A stretch of DNA of 64,000 nucleotides from Oligoflexales bacterium (GTDB lineage Bacteria > Bdellovibrionota_B > Oligoflexia > Oligoflexales > Bog-1112), in NCBI GenBank assembly GCA_045106415.1, contig JBGCEP010000026.1, positions 64,001 to 128,000 on the forward strand, read 5' to 3'. The notes below the pieces were generated by a model that was not told where the DNA came from, ran no database searches, and saw only the letters and a list, made by a program, of their open reading frames with translations. How positions within the stretch are numbered: the first letter of the stretch is position 1; each line of letters begins with the position of its first letter. Below, one piece after another: positions 49,388-58,817 of this stretch. A program made the translations under genes and the position numbers.

Positions 49388-51052
49388 ATGACAGCTCAAC
49401 GGCCATGGCACGCAAGTTATGAGGCAGGTGTGCCTAAAGAAGTAGATTTGACTCGTTATGAATCTATGATTGAGCTTTTAGATCATGGGTTTCAAGAATA
49501 CCCTAATCGTCCTTGTTTTTCCTGTATGGGAAAAGAGTATACGTATGCAGAGATTGATCATATGTCTCAGCGTATGGCTGCTTTTTTAACAGGCCGCCTT
49601 GGTATGAATAAAGGTGATCGAATCGCGATTATGCTTCCAAATATACATCAGTACCCTATTGCTTTTTACGGTGCTATTCGAGCAGGCCTTATTGTTGTCA
49701 ACGTGAACCCACTCTATACAGCTCGAGAGTTAGAGCATCAACTCAAGGACTCTGGAGCCATTACGATTGTGATCCTTGATAATTTTGCCCATGTTCTTGA
49801 AAAAATTTCGAAAAAAGTGAACTTACAGCACACAATAGTGACTCGTATGGGTGACATGTTGGGCTTTCCGAAGGGTGCTATTGTCAATGGCGTTGTCAAG
49901 TACGTTAAAAAATTAGTCCCAGCCTGGGATCTTCCTGATCATTGGACTTTTTTGGGTGCTCTTCATGAAGGAGAGGCGCATAGTTTTCAGTCACCAAAAG
50001 TCACTCGTGATACGACTGCTTTTTTACAGTATACAGGTGGTACAACAGGTGTTTCAAAAGGGGCTGAGCTTACACATGGAAATTTATTAGCAAATGTTGA
50101 GCAAGCATTAGCGTGGATTCGTCCACATGTTCGTGTGGGGCAAGAAGTGATTCTGACCCCATTGCCGCTGTATCATATTTTTTCGATGACAGCGAACTGC
50201 CTAACTTTTTTTAGAATCGGTGGTTTAAATGTTCTAATTCCAAATCCAAGAGATATTAAAGGGTTTGTGAAACTGTGGAAAAAGACCAAGGTGACAGCGA
50301 TGACAGGTGTGAACACCTTGTTTAATGGTCTTTTGAATGATCCACAATTTGCGAGTTGTGATTTTTCGACTTTGCAGCTGACTCTTGGTGGTGGGATGGC
50401 TGTACAGAAACCTGTGGCAGAGCGTTGGCAACAAGTGACAGGTTGTGCGCTTTCTCAAGCTTATGGACTCACGGAAACGTCTCCAGCTGTAACAATTAAC
50501 CCTCTTTCGTTAAAAGAGTTTAATGGAAGTATTGGGTTACCAGTGTCGTCGACAGAAGTGTCTATTCGTGGTGAGGATTTTGAAGAACTTCCTTTGGGTG
50601 AAGCTGGAGAGCTCTGCGTTAAAGGGCCGCAGGTGATGAAGGGTTATTGGAATCGGCCAGATGAAACAGAAAATTGTATGCAAGATGGTTGGCTCAAAAC
50701 CGGTGATATCGCGACGATGAATGCTGAAGGTTTTGTCACTATCGTGGATCGTAAGAAAGATATGATTCTGGTGTCAGGCTTCAATGTTTTTCCAAACGAA
50801 GTGGAAGAAGTGATTGTTGAAATGGACTCTGTGTTAGAAGTTGCAGTGGTTGGTGTCACTCATGAAAAATCAGGAGAGGCTGTTAAAGCTTTTGTGGTGA
50901 AAAAAGAACCAAATTTAACAGTTGAGCAAGTTGTGGAACATTGCCGAAGTCGTTTGACTGGTTATAAAGTGCCAAGATTTGTTGAGTTCCGTGATGATTT
51001 ACCAAAAACAAATGTGGGAAAAGTGCTTCGTCGCGCCTTGAAAGATTCCTAA
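49388..51052 (+). CDS. fadD: Long-chain fatty-acid-CoA ligase
   Basis: NVNPLYTARELEHQLKDSGA, LQYTGGTTGVSKGA, YGLTETSP, TGD and LPKTNVGK. Confidence 0.93.
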   Translation: MTAQRPWHASYEAGVPKEVDLTRYESMIELLDHGFQEYPNRPCFSCMGKEYTYAEIDHMSQRMAAFLTGRLGMNKGDRIAIMLPNIHQYPIAFYGAIRAGLIVVNVNPLYTARELEHQLKDSGAITIVILDNFAHVLEKISKKVNLQHTIVTRMGDMLGFPKGAIVNGVVKYVKKLVPAWDLPDHWTFLGALHEGEAHSFQSPKVTRDTTAFLQYTGGTTGVSKGAELTHGNLLANVEQALAWIRPHVRVGQEVILTPLPLYHIFSMTANCLTFFRIGGLNVLIPNPRDIKGFVKLWKKTKVTAMTGVNTLFNGLLNDPQFASCDFSTLQLTLGGGMAVQKPVAERWQQVTGCALSQAYGLTETSPAVTINPLSLKEFNGSIGLPVSSTEVSIRGEDFEELPLGEAGELCVKGPQVMKGYWNRPDETENCMQDGWLKTGDIATMNAEGFVTIVDRKKDMILVSGFNVFPNEVEEVIVEMDSVLEVAVVGVTHEKSGEAVKAFVVKKEPNLTVEQVVEHCRSRLTGYKVPRFVEFRDDLPKTNVGKVLRRALKDS

Positions 51053-51068
51053 AAACAGTTTTTCGATT

Positions 51069-51099
51069 AAAAAACTCGCAGCAGTGTTGCGAGTTTTTT
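51069..51099. terminator. Intrinsic terminator after fadD
   Basis: AAAAAACTCGCAGC-agt-GTTGCGAGTTTTTT. Confidence 0.8.
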
Positions 51100-51125
51100 G
51101 TGTAGATTAGTGCGCTTTTATATTA

Positions 51126-51230
51126 AAGTGTGTTGACCTTTCATAAAGGCAGCCATGAAGTACAGGTATGCCGTGGCTAGCATTCCCTCGAAATTCTGCT
51201 GTGCTTTATTTAAACATCGTCAACAGACCC
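51126..51230 (-). mobile_element. 105-bp MITE-like IS5 (IS427-like) deletion derivative
   Basis: TIRs AAGTGTGTTGAC (51126-51137) and GTCAACAGACCC (51219-51230), with TA on both flanks. The interior on the minus strand reads NFEGMLATAYLY/WLPL*, like an IS5 transposase C-terminus. Confidence 0.6.
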
Positions 51231-51714
51231 TATAGGTTTAATGAGTGTAGAACTTTTGGTGTACGTTTTCGTTCCATTGAATTTCAAACCGGCATTGATC
51301 AGTCCAATGTTTCAGCATTGCCTGTTGCTTTGAAATTTCAGGCAATTGTTAACAGCATTGCTCTTGGTATTGTTTTGAAGCTATTAGGTGTGAATGCGAA
51401 AATTAGCATTGGGATTTCGGTTTTCATGATGACTTTTGATCTTAGAATGTTCCATCCACTAGGATTTTGATTGCTTTAAAGTAAGAAAATATGTTTAGTT
51501 TTCGCAAAAATTTCTGCAAATGTCTCAGTTGTTACGGGTGGCATGATTGTTGTCTCTTTAACGAATTGAATAGTTGCTAAGTTTCTTATTTTGCTTCAAT
51601 GGCCACGAATTCTAGTATCACCATTTCTGCTTATTAATGAATAAATATGATCTTTTTTTAGTGAAACTTGTTGTGGTCTGATAAAAATTTCCAGTGTTTT
51701 CTTTTTTATCAAGT

Positions 51715-52131
51715 TCAAACGTCATTGATTTTTTTCGTCTCTTTCCTGAAAATATCAGGTTTAGCTGACTGTGATGGAGATTTAATTGAAACCAAGGGCG
51801 GATATCGCTCTTGGTCGCACTTTTCACGTGATTTTTAGTTAAATTAAGATTTAGTGACTCTCACAGCGCTCTTTCGCGATCAACGATTGAAATGATGATA
51901 TACAGTTTTCCATGGTGGGAAATCAGTTGGTGAATTTCTCTATTTCGTGCCATTTTTTACGATCTAAAATATGGCATTAAGAATAAAACCTGTGGGATGT
52001 TTTCTACCAAAATTTGAATACCCAAAATCGTCAAATATTTGAGTGATCACTTCCTATTGATGATCAGTCATACATGTTGGAGACAGCATATTTATCTCAT
52101 GTGAAACATGAGGATTGTTTTAACTATATTC
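51715..52131 (-). mobile_element. IS5-family transposase pseudogene, N-terminal (DUF4096-like) part
   Basis: From 52071: MTDHQ*EVITQIF...GRKHPTGFILNAIF*IVKNGTK*RNSPTDFPPWKTVYHHFNR*, then SQSAK. Its upstream DNA aligns with 2106-2181. Confidence 0.85.
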
Positions 52132-52406
52132 TTTTGATTACAAGGTGTTGACGCGTTGGTGGACCTTTTGATGTAAAAGGTTTTTGATTGAAGTATGTCA
52201 TCTTTTAACCACTCAATTGCTGGGATATGCAGCAGTGGCGGTAAGACCAGGTGTCAAAAAATCCTCCACAACGACTCATCCAAGACGCTTATTATCTCGC
52301 CTGTTTTGTTCAAGTTCGGTTGGTGCGAGTCACAGTGCGTAATATTTTTGACAGTGATGATGAATGTCATGTATGTTTTTAAAACATTTCTTCGGCGGTG
52401 TTTTTA

Positions 52407-53111
52407 ATGATAAGGCGATTATTCACAATCTTTGTCATGTTTTTGAGTCAGATATCTTTATCTGTTTCTTTTGATCGTGTGGTTGATAAAGAAGAGTATC
52501 TTTTTTTTAAAAATCTTCATCACCATGTTTACAGCTGGAAAACATTAATCGATCAAAAAAATTATGAAGATATTCTATTTTTGGGAGATAAGCCTGAATA
52601 TGGAAGTCATTCAATAGGGAAAATTCTCCGAGATTCCAGGCTGAATTTTGAGGCGCATTTTTGGTCGAGTGATCTTTTGTATCGTGATCGTGATTTTGCT
52701 GCTTTTCCTTTTTTTCACCAAAGAAAGATCAATCATCAAGAACGTTTTTCTTTTGAGGATAAAAGTTTTGATGTTGTGATGGGACGTCGAATTCTTTGTC
52801 ATTGTGAGTCGCGTATGGCTATGAGCACTTGTGGTGGAATTGATGTTGAAAATGCTGAAATGCTATCTCGGTTTTTATCGGAGACAGTCCGTGTTTTAAA
52901 TCATAAGCGTGATTCGTTTGTGTTTTTACATGGCTTAGAGCCTAAGGATTCTCGTCGAAAAGACGTGATTTCGGAGTGTTATCAACAGGCTTTTGAGCAG
53001 ATCAAGCAAGATCAAGAAGATCTTTTTATTTTTATGTTGCGCTCACCTTTTAAAAAACACCGTCGTTTTGGGTTGTATATAGGGCGTTCAGATTTCAGAG
53101 AATGGAATTAA
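52407..53111 (+). CDS. Hypothetical protein, possibly secreted, with a class I SAM-methyltransferase-like motif
   Basis: FSFEDKSFDVVMGRRILCH and LSETVRVL; hydrophobic N-terminus. Confidence 0.55.
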   Translation: MIRRLFTIFVMFLSQISLSVSFDRVVDKEEYLFFKNLHHHVYSWKTLIDQKNYEDILFLGDKPEYGSHSIGKILRDSRLNFEAHFWSSDLLYRDRDFAAFPFFHQRKINHQERFSFEDKSFDVVMGRRILCHCESRMAMSTCGGIDVENAEMLSRFLSETVRVLNHKRDSFVFLHGLEPKDSRRKDVISECYQQAFEQIKQDQEDLFIFMLRSPFKKHRRFGLYIGRSDFREWN

Positions 53112-54447
53112 GATGAAGCGTGCGATACTCAATCCGAAGGTTGTCACCCGGAGTCATGTTGCTAGAGTGGAGTCGTAACGCATTCAATTGTGGTAGGTAA
53201 TCCCAAAGAATTTGTTGGTCGTTATGAAACACCTTTAATGTCGATAAAATTGGTGTTTCTTCCAAGATAATTTGGTCACTTTGAGTTTGAACATCATTAG
53301 CTAAGTTATTAAGAAGTGTATCCCAATTGGCTTCACAAATACTGTGCACAACCCCTCCGGTGAGGTGTGCGGCCTTTATGATTGCAGTTCCTTCTTCTTT
53401 TGGCTGTGAATGAGGTGATGAACAAAGCTCCCCATCTGAGTTCCGAGTGCCTGTGATTGCAGATAGGCTGAACTGACCAACCCCGAATTTATCGGTCAGA
53501 GTACTTGTAAGTTGTGATGGAGGAAAATAAAAAGAAGTTTTTCCGGCTTCTGTATAATTTATTCCACTATAAGCATCTACTTGACGCAGTCCAATACCAT
53601 CATCTTCTTCATCACTAATAATGATGATAGACAAAAAAGATTCTGTGGCGGGATAGTGAGGGTTTTCACCTGTTTCACTTTTATGCAACGCTAAATCAAC
53701 AGCCTTTAAACCATGCTCAAATCCTGACCCCGATGTCCCTACAAGAGCTTGATCTTGGAAAAGCGAAGGAAGCTGAGAGTCGTCACTGTTGAGGATGGGG
53801 CCGACAAAACGGCCTTGATATTGTGTGGACTGATTTCCTCCGTAAGAAATAGGGCAAGCTCTTTGAGTTAGGTTATTAGGTATGGTGTTTGTGCAAATGT
53901 CAGTTGTTGTTACTGCCATACGAAAATTTCGTCCTGAATTCTTTAGATTTTGTGAGAAGTGAATGAATTGATTTGAAAGAAACTGTTGTTCTTCTGCCAT
54001 AGAGCCAGAGCTGTCAATAACCCATAAGAGATCGATGTTTTTAGGAGTGGGGATCGTATGGGTTTCTATCATATCTTTTAGATGAAATTGCCCTTCGGGG
54101 GTTGATTCAGGAAGGTGTTCAAAACCTCTTTCGACCCAACTTTCTGATGGTAATGGCAAAAAAGGAGATGCCAGGCATTGTTTTGTTGTTGTTTTTATAA
54201 ACACCTGGTTGAGGTGATTTTTATGAGAGATTGTGACCCAGCTATGAGGGTTTTGGTAAGAAATTTGTGAGAGGGGAGAAGATAGGCAAGCTTCGTCAGA
54301 GTGGGCTGATAGTTGTGTTGAGTGTTGGAATCCTTCAAGTCGTATCAACAGAATGTGAGAAAATGAATTGCTCTCAATGAAGATTTTTTGTGCATGCAAA
54401 TACTGCGCGCAAACGCAGATGATGCCCAAGAGTAGGCGCCGCTTCAT
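53095..54447 (-). CDS. Secreted von Willebrand factor A (MIDAS) domain protein
   Basis: Signal peptide; DLLWVIDSSGSM (DxSxS), AVTTTD, GTSGSGFEHGL, IIISDEED and SICEANW. Confidence 0.85.
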   Translation of the reverse strand: MKRRLLLGIICVCAQYLHAQKIFIESNSFSHILLIRLEGFQHSTQLSAHSDEACLSSPLSQISYQNPHSWVTISHKNHLNQVFIKTTTKQCLASPFLPLPSESWVERGFEHLPESTPEGQFHLKDMIETHTIPTPKNIDLLWVIDSSGSMAEEQQFLSNQFIHFSQNLKNSGRNFRMAVTTTDICTNTIPNNLTQRACPISYGGNQSTQYQGRFVGPILNSDDSQLPSLFQDQALVGTSGSGFEHGLKAVDLALHKSETGENPHYPATESFLSIIIISDEEDDGIGLRQVDAYSGINYTEAGKTSFYFPPSQLTSTLTDKFGVGQFSLSAITGTRNSDGELCSSPHSQPKEEGTAIIKAAHLTGGVVHSICEANWDTLLNNLANDVQTQSDQIILEETPILSTLKVFHNDQQILWDYLPQLNALRLHSSNMTPGDNLRIEYRTLHLNSIL

Positions 54448-54486
54448 AGATTCCTCCAAAAAGACTCTTCCTTGAGTCTAAAAGGC

Positions 54487-54513
54487 TTTACGGCGATGGC
54501 CTTGGTATGTTGA
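54487..54513 (-). promoter_or_regulatory. Putative sigma-28-type promoter before the vWA gene
   Basis: On the minus strand, TCAA-N15-GCCGTAAA. Confidence 0.4.
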
Positions 54514-54548
54514 ATAAAAAATTGCTAAGTTTTTTTTATAAACAGGTT

Positions 54549-55778
54549 TCAAGGGTTACGTGGGAAGAGTTGAATCATTTCATCATGGCATTGTTTATTG
54601 CCTGCCGTTTCTTCAGAGTTTTTTGTTATCTCATCTTCTAGCGGTAGTTCGATGGCATGAGGGTTAATAAGGCCATCTTTTTGCAGACCTCCAAAGGTGA
54701 TTGAGCCATTTTCTTCAAAGGTGATGGTGTGTTGTGGTAAAACTAAAACGGCGGAGTATCTCTGAAGAATCGGTATTTCGGAGTTTTCTTCACTTTTAAA
54801 GACAGGAAACACACGTTGTTCTGGTCCTATCTTTAAGAGAGTTTCACTAAAAGATTTCCAGTGAATTTTACGAACTTTTGATGAGTAGATTTGTAATGTT
54901 CTGTTTTTTTCTGTATCGAGAGCAAAAAAATGAACTTGATCATGATTCCATTTGAGTAGAGTGCAATCACTACTTTGAGGCCAGTCAAAGAATTTGTTGA
55001 ATTTGTTTGCTTCAGAGCCACAGACTTTAGATTGTCCTTCAGTTAAAAATCTAAAGAAACCACTGAAATTTCTACGTATAATGGCATCTGAAATATTTTG
55101 TGGTGTGAGACCTTTTTGTTTAGCCTGAGAGTTGATGCCAAGGGCAGCACGCGGAAGGGAAGGGTGCATTAGGTCGAGTCGGTCTATTGAGTTTGTCGTT
55201 TGAAAGTGCTGTAAACCATACATATGCCCCAGTTCATGCATGAAAACAACCCTTAAGGCTGCGCTATTCCTGCGACTCCAAGGTTTTTTGACACTTTCTG
55301 TACTGTTGAGAGCAAGGGGGCCATCCTCTGGAGAAATATAGATAAAACCTTTTCCCAGGAGATCTCTATTGTTGTAGTCGGTTCGGATCGTTGTTGCTAT
55401 GACGTTCTGTGGTTGTGGGATGTGCTTTTTTTGACTCTCGTCTAAGACGCCAAGCTGAAGTTTAATATGGGTTTGGTTTGAACAATGATACTGGAAGGGG
55501 AGATGAATTGCATGGACCTTGTGAAGATGGTCTGAGTCTTGATTGAGAAATTGATGGCTCCAATATTCTGCAGCTGCTTCGAATGCTAGTTCAGCTTGCT
55601 GTTGTGTTGTGCCAAAATGATCTTCATCTATATCAATGCAGTATGAAATAGGTTCTTGTGAGTTCAGGAACCAAGGATTGTCTCTATTATTTGCGAGGAC
55701 ACCACCACCACTATGCCACTCATTGTTGCTATCAGATATCGTAAGAAGAAATATTAAGATCATTTGAGAGATTGCCAT
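54549..55778 (-). CDS. Secreted metzincin zinc metalloprotease (matrixin-like)
   Basis: HELGHMYGLQH (HExxHxxGxxH) and Met-turn DLMHP; hydrophobic N-terminus. Confidence 0.8.
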   Translation of the reverse strand: MAISQMILIFLLTISDSNNEWHSGGGVLANNRDNPWFLNSQEPISYCIDIDEDHFGTTQQQAELAFEAAAEYWSHQFLNQDSDHLHKVHAIHLPFQYHCSNQTHIKLQLGVLDESQKKHIPQPQNVIATTIRTDYNNRDLLGKGFIYISPEDGPLALNSTESVKKPWSRRNSAALRVVFMHELGHMYGLQHFQTTNSIDRLDLMHPSLPRAALGINSQAKQKGLTPQNISDAIIRRNFSGFFRFLTEGQSKVCGSEANKFNKFFDWPQSSDCTLLKWNHDQVHFFALDTEKNRTLQIYSSKVRKIHWKSFSETLLKIGPEQRVFPVFKSEENSEIPILQRYSAVLVLPQHTITFEENGSITFGGLQKDGLINPHAIELPLEDEITKNSEETAGNKQCHDEMIQLFPRNP

Positions 55779-55941
55779 GAGTTTGCCTTGCGTGCTTGAT
55801 GAATGTAATATTTTGACATTATGGTGAAATTAAGCGTTTTTATCAATCAAAAGTCGATTTTTTAAAGAAATATTTTTGCTTGTCGAAAGCGAAAAAGTTA
55901 TCGTGTTATTTAACTAATGTTTAACTTGGAACGGATCTATT

Positions 55942-56781
55942 GTGGCTAATATTCTGGTTGTGAAATTGAAGGGTATTGAGAATGATTATAGAGATGTGAT
56001 TCGAGATACTTTGTCCGATCTTAAAGAAATGTATGGGAAAGAATATAATTTTCAGAAAATAGCTAATTTTTGTAAAATGCAGCCAGCTTATCTATCTTTT
56101 GTTTTTGCGAAACGTTCACATTTGAATGGAGATCAAATGTGGGGAGTGTGTGAATTTTTAAAGTTGTCTGCTGCAGAACGGTTCTTTTTATCTTTTTTGG
56201 CTGAATATCAACAATCTAATTTTGAAGAGCGTCAAAAAGAGCTTGCAGAAAAAGTTCTTGGGTATGAACGTGAAATGAAAAAGATAAAGCAGATTATTAA
56301 GGAAAAACAAAGGGATAATGTTGAAGAGTGGTATCATTTAGATCCACTTGCACAGTTTGTGAAACAGTATGTCACTCTTTGCCCTGAAGTCGCTCAACGA
56401 CTGGATCAGAGTGCTGCGAAGATTGGTTTATCATCTGTATCGTTGAGACAAAAATTAGGAATGCTTGAGAAGGGTGGATTAATTGAAAGAGAAGGTGAAT
56501 TGTATAAGACAAAAACCGTCAATGCTCATGTTGACGCTGATGACTCTATCTTTTCAGGTTTTTTTAAAAATCGCTTGAGCTTTGGTGTTGAGCAAAGTGA
56601 ACGAGTTGGTGAACGCGAACAAGTCCGATTTTCAGTGATGTTCACTGCAGATAGTAATTTCCAAGCTCTTTTGGAAGAAAAGCTGCGTCAAGTGATTTCT
56701 TGGGCCTCGACCGAGGTGAATAATTATAATGAAGAACAGGTATATGTTTTGAATATCCACCATAGTCAATTATCAAAGTAA
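55942..56781 (+). CDS. TIGR02147/DUF4423-like HTH protein
   Basis: DYRDVI...YNFQKIANFCKMQPAYLSFVFAKRSHL...LKLSAAERFFL; C-terminal EQVYVLNIH. Confidence 0.75.
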   Translation: MANILVVKLKGIENDYRDVIRDTLSDLKEMYGKEYNFQKIANFCKMQPAYLSFVFAKRSHLNGDQMWGVCEFLKLSAAERFFLSFLAEYQQSNFEERQKELAEKVLGYEREMKKIKQIIKEKQRDNVEEWYHLDPLAQFVKQYVTLCPEVAQRLDQSAAKIGLSSVSLRQKLGMLEKGGLIEREGELYKTKTVNAHVDADDSIFSGFFKNRLSFGVEQSERVGEREQVRFSVMFTADSNFQALLEEKLRQVISWASTEVNNYNEEQVYVLNIHHSQLSK

Positions 56782-56806
56782 GAAATGTTGTGATTGGCTT
56801 TGTTGT

Positions 56807-57070
56807 TTAGAATCTGTAGTGAGCAAAAAGAGTGAGTCTTTTTTCGATTGTCAGCACTTTTTCGATATCTTTTTGACTGTGAATTAAGTGAGCTTGATAC
56901 TGAAGGCTTTGGTCATAAAGAGTCAGGAGGCCTGAGGGCCCCTGACTCTGGTAAAGCTCATGAAGTTCACTTTGGATGTCTTGGATTGATTTCGCATATA
57001 AATGATCAAGCTGTGAAGCAAGCTGGATATCGATCATGAGCTTCTCTATCAGTATTATAAGCTTTTCCAA
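56807..57070 (-). CDS. Small hypothetical protein
   Basis: 87-aa helical ORF overlapping the upstream gene's end in an operon-like run. Confidence 0.55.
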   Translation of the reverse strand: MEKLIILIEKLMIDIQLASQLDHLYAKSIQDIQSELHELYQSQGPSGLLTLYDQSLQYQAHLIHSQKDIEKVLTIEKRLTLFAHYRF

Positions 57071-57630
57071 ACAAGTAGAACAATGACTCCTAATATTGCT
57101 GTCAATGTTCGCTTCTCGCTTTTCAGAGCGGGGGTGAAGGTTTCAGGCCACTCTAAGTAATCTAGTTTGAGTGTTTTTCTAGGTAACCAGCGAGGAACCT
57201 CTGTTTTGTATGAAGAAAACTCATTCCCAAACTTTTGAGAAAGAAGGTTCTCTTCGTACTTCACAATATAATGATACTGGAAACAAAAAAGGCCAAGTGA
57301 TATCGCAATTAGCCATAAGCTATTGCTGAAAACAGCCATTCCAGCGACGATGCAAAAATTACCAACATAGAGTGGGTTGCGGACAAAACCAAATGGACCA
57401 TCTGAAATCAGTTTTTGGCCTGTGCTTCGTGTTCTAGTTCGAGAGACAGAGCCAATCCAAGAGACGCTGTAGATACGAACAAGCTCCCCTAAGCCAATGC
57501 ATGCCATTCCTAGAGTAGTGGAAAGAACACTTGGGTCTGCAGTGAACATAAGGAAAAGGATTAAGGGAATTGGGGTGTAATCACGCCACTGAAAAAGGGT
57601 TTCTCCGATGTGATTTGCCTTTGAACTCAT
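57055..57630 (-). CDS. Isoprenylcysteine carboxyl methyltransferase (ICMT/PEMT)-family membrane protein
   Basis: GELVRIYS, LISDGPFGFVRNPLYVGN, EENLLSQKFG and Y...VPRWLP. Confidence 0.88.
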   Translation of the reverse strand: MSSKANHIGETLFQWRDYTPIPLILFLMFTADPSVLSTTLGMACIGLGELVRIYSVSWIGSVSRTRTRSTGQKLISDGPFGFVRNPLYVGNFCIVAGMAVFSNSLWLIAISLGLFCFQYHYIVKYEENLLSQKFGNEFSSYKTEVPRWLPRKTLKLDYLEWPETFTPALKSEKRTLTAILGVIVLLVWKSL

Positions 57631-58313
57631 GCGTCAGCTCCTGATGGTGAACGTAAAAGGATTTGTGATCCTACAAACGTCGATGGGATCGTGTTTTGCA
57701 AAGCATCTATAAACCTATCAGATTCATGATGGGGTGCGCTAGCAAGATCATACTGACCTAGAAATGGAGGGCGCATATGATGTAGAGAAATCTTGGTCGA
57801 TTCACAGAATGTTGCTTTAAATAAAGTTTCAAACTGTTCCCGAGCTTTTTTAGATGTAGAGAAAAGGTAGAGGCGTCCCGTGTCGGTCAAATATGCGTCG
57901 ATATAGGAAATCGTAGGAAGTGTGCGCTGAAGAAGATTTTCTCGAACTTCCTCTCGAACTTCCTTACGAGCCTCTCTATTGAGGGTGTCGCCGTTGCTTT
58001 CTTTATGCTGAAGCTGTTCTTTGATCAGTTGCTGCAATAAATGGGCTGAGAGCTGTCTGCGCTCTGTTCTCATACGCAGAACGTAACCACCTGATATTCG
58101 GCAATCTCGTAGACCCCAAAAGCCATCTTCTGTAATGTCGACAAGATGATCTAATTGAGGAAGAACCCAGCCAGACTTTTCAAGCCGTGTTGATTGAGCT
58201 AGAGATATTCGCCCGCTTTGATGAGATCGAATATCTAAGTCAGCAAAATCAGAAGGCAAACCTCCTGTTAGCTGATACCTGCAGAATGATAGAGCACCTT
58301 GGAAAAGACTCAA
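57627..58313 (-). CDS. rdgC: Recombination-associated protein RdgC-like
   Basis: GALSFCRY, SGWV, LRMRTERRQL, REARKEVREEV..NLLQRTLP and LYLFSTSKK..EQFETLF..TF; probable TTG start at 58313. Confidence 0.75.
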   Translation of the reverse strand: MSLFQGALSFCRYQLTGGLPSDFADLDIRSHQSGRISLAQSTRLEKSGWVLPQLDHLVDITEDGFWGLRDCRISGGYVLRMRTERRQLSAHLLQQLIKEQLQHKESNGDTLNREARKEVREEVRENLLQRTLPTISYIDAYLTDTGRLYLFSTSKKAREQFETLFKATFCESTKISLHHMRPPFLGQYDLASAPHHESDRFIDALQNTIPSTFVGSQILLRSPSGADA

Positions 58314-58402
58314 TGTCGCCTCGCTTGATAGCAAAAATAGCATTGCCAGCCGCCACGATAGCAGGAGGTTTATGGATTTTCAATCTGTTGCAGGGATTTG
58401 TT

Positions 58403-58429
58403 TTAAGAGTTTGAGATATCTTCCGATCT
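58403..58429 (+). promoter_or_regulatory. Putative sigma-28-type promoter
   Basis: TTAA-N15-TCCGATCT, with the same -10 octamer as the site before tatA. Confidence 0.4.
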
Positions 58430-58471
58430 CTTGAGTATATATTTTCAACATTCAAGATGAATGGATAAGCT

Positions 58472-58768
58472 ATGGATCGTGAAGTCACCGATTATGATAC
58501 ATACCGCCAAATTATGGATGAGTTGATGCGCCCTATCCAAGATGAAGGTCTAGACGTGATGACTTTGAAGAGGTTGTATGAGAGCAAACTAGTTTATTTA
58601 GAGAATCTAAGAACAAAATGCTTTTGTGCAATAAACAGAGGTGAAGGTCATTTTCAGATGGAAGACTATCATGTGATTTTAGGTGCTGTTCAAGAAACAA
58701 AACTTCATTTACGGGATCTTGTTTTGGTCGCAGTGACTGAGTCTTTAGCTCTTCGTAAGGTTGTCTAA
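58472..58768 (+). CDS. Hypothetical protein
   Basis: 98-aa helical ORF with a GGA SD, first gene of a + strand run. Confidence 0.7.
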   Translation: MDREVTDYDTYRQIMDELMRPIQDEGLDVMTLKRLYESKLVYLENLRTKCFCAINRGEGHFQMEDYHVILGAVQETKLHLRDLVLVAVTESLALRKVV

Positions 58769-58817
58769 GAACCTTATTCTCGTTATCTTCAATACATCAT
58801 ACATATTGAAGGAACGA

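Noticed and set aside
51880..52340. Stop-codon recoding, because stops fall at expected Trp positions
   Set aside because: Both TAG and TGA occur, one replaces Tyr, and intact genes in the window end at TGA and TAG; ordinary pseudogene decay explains it.
51168..52407. ORFs 51168-51470, 51618-51827 and 52195-52407 as real genes
   Set aside because: They overlap or abut IS relics and have no SD or recognisable motif.
58472..58768. RomX assignment for the small gene before the RomR-like gene
   Set aside because: The sequence does not show the RomX pattern I recall (RLAR.I.SDI.LYN); left as hypothetical.
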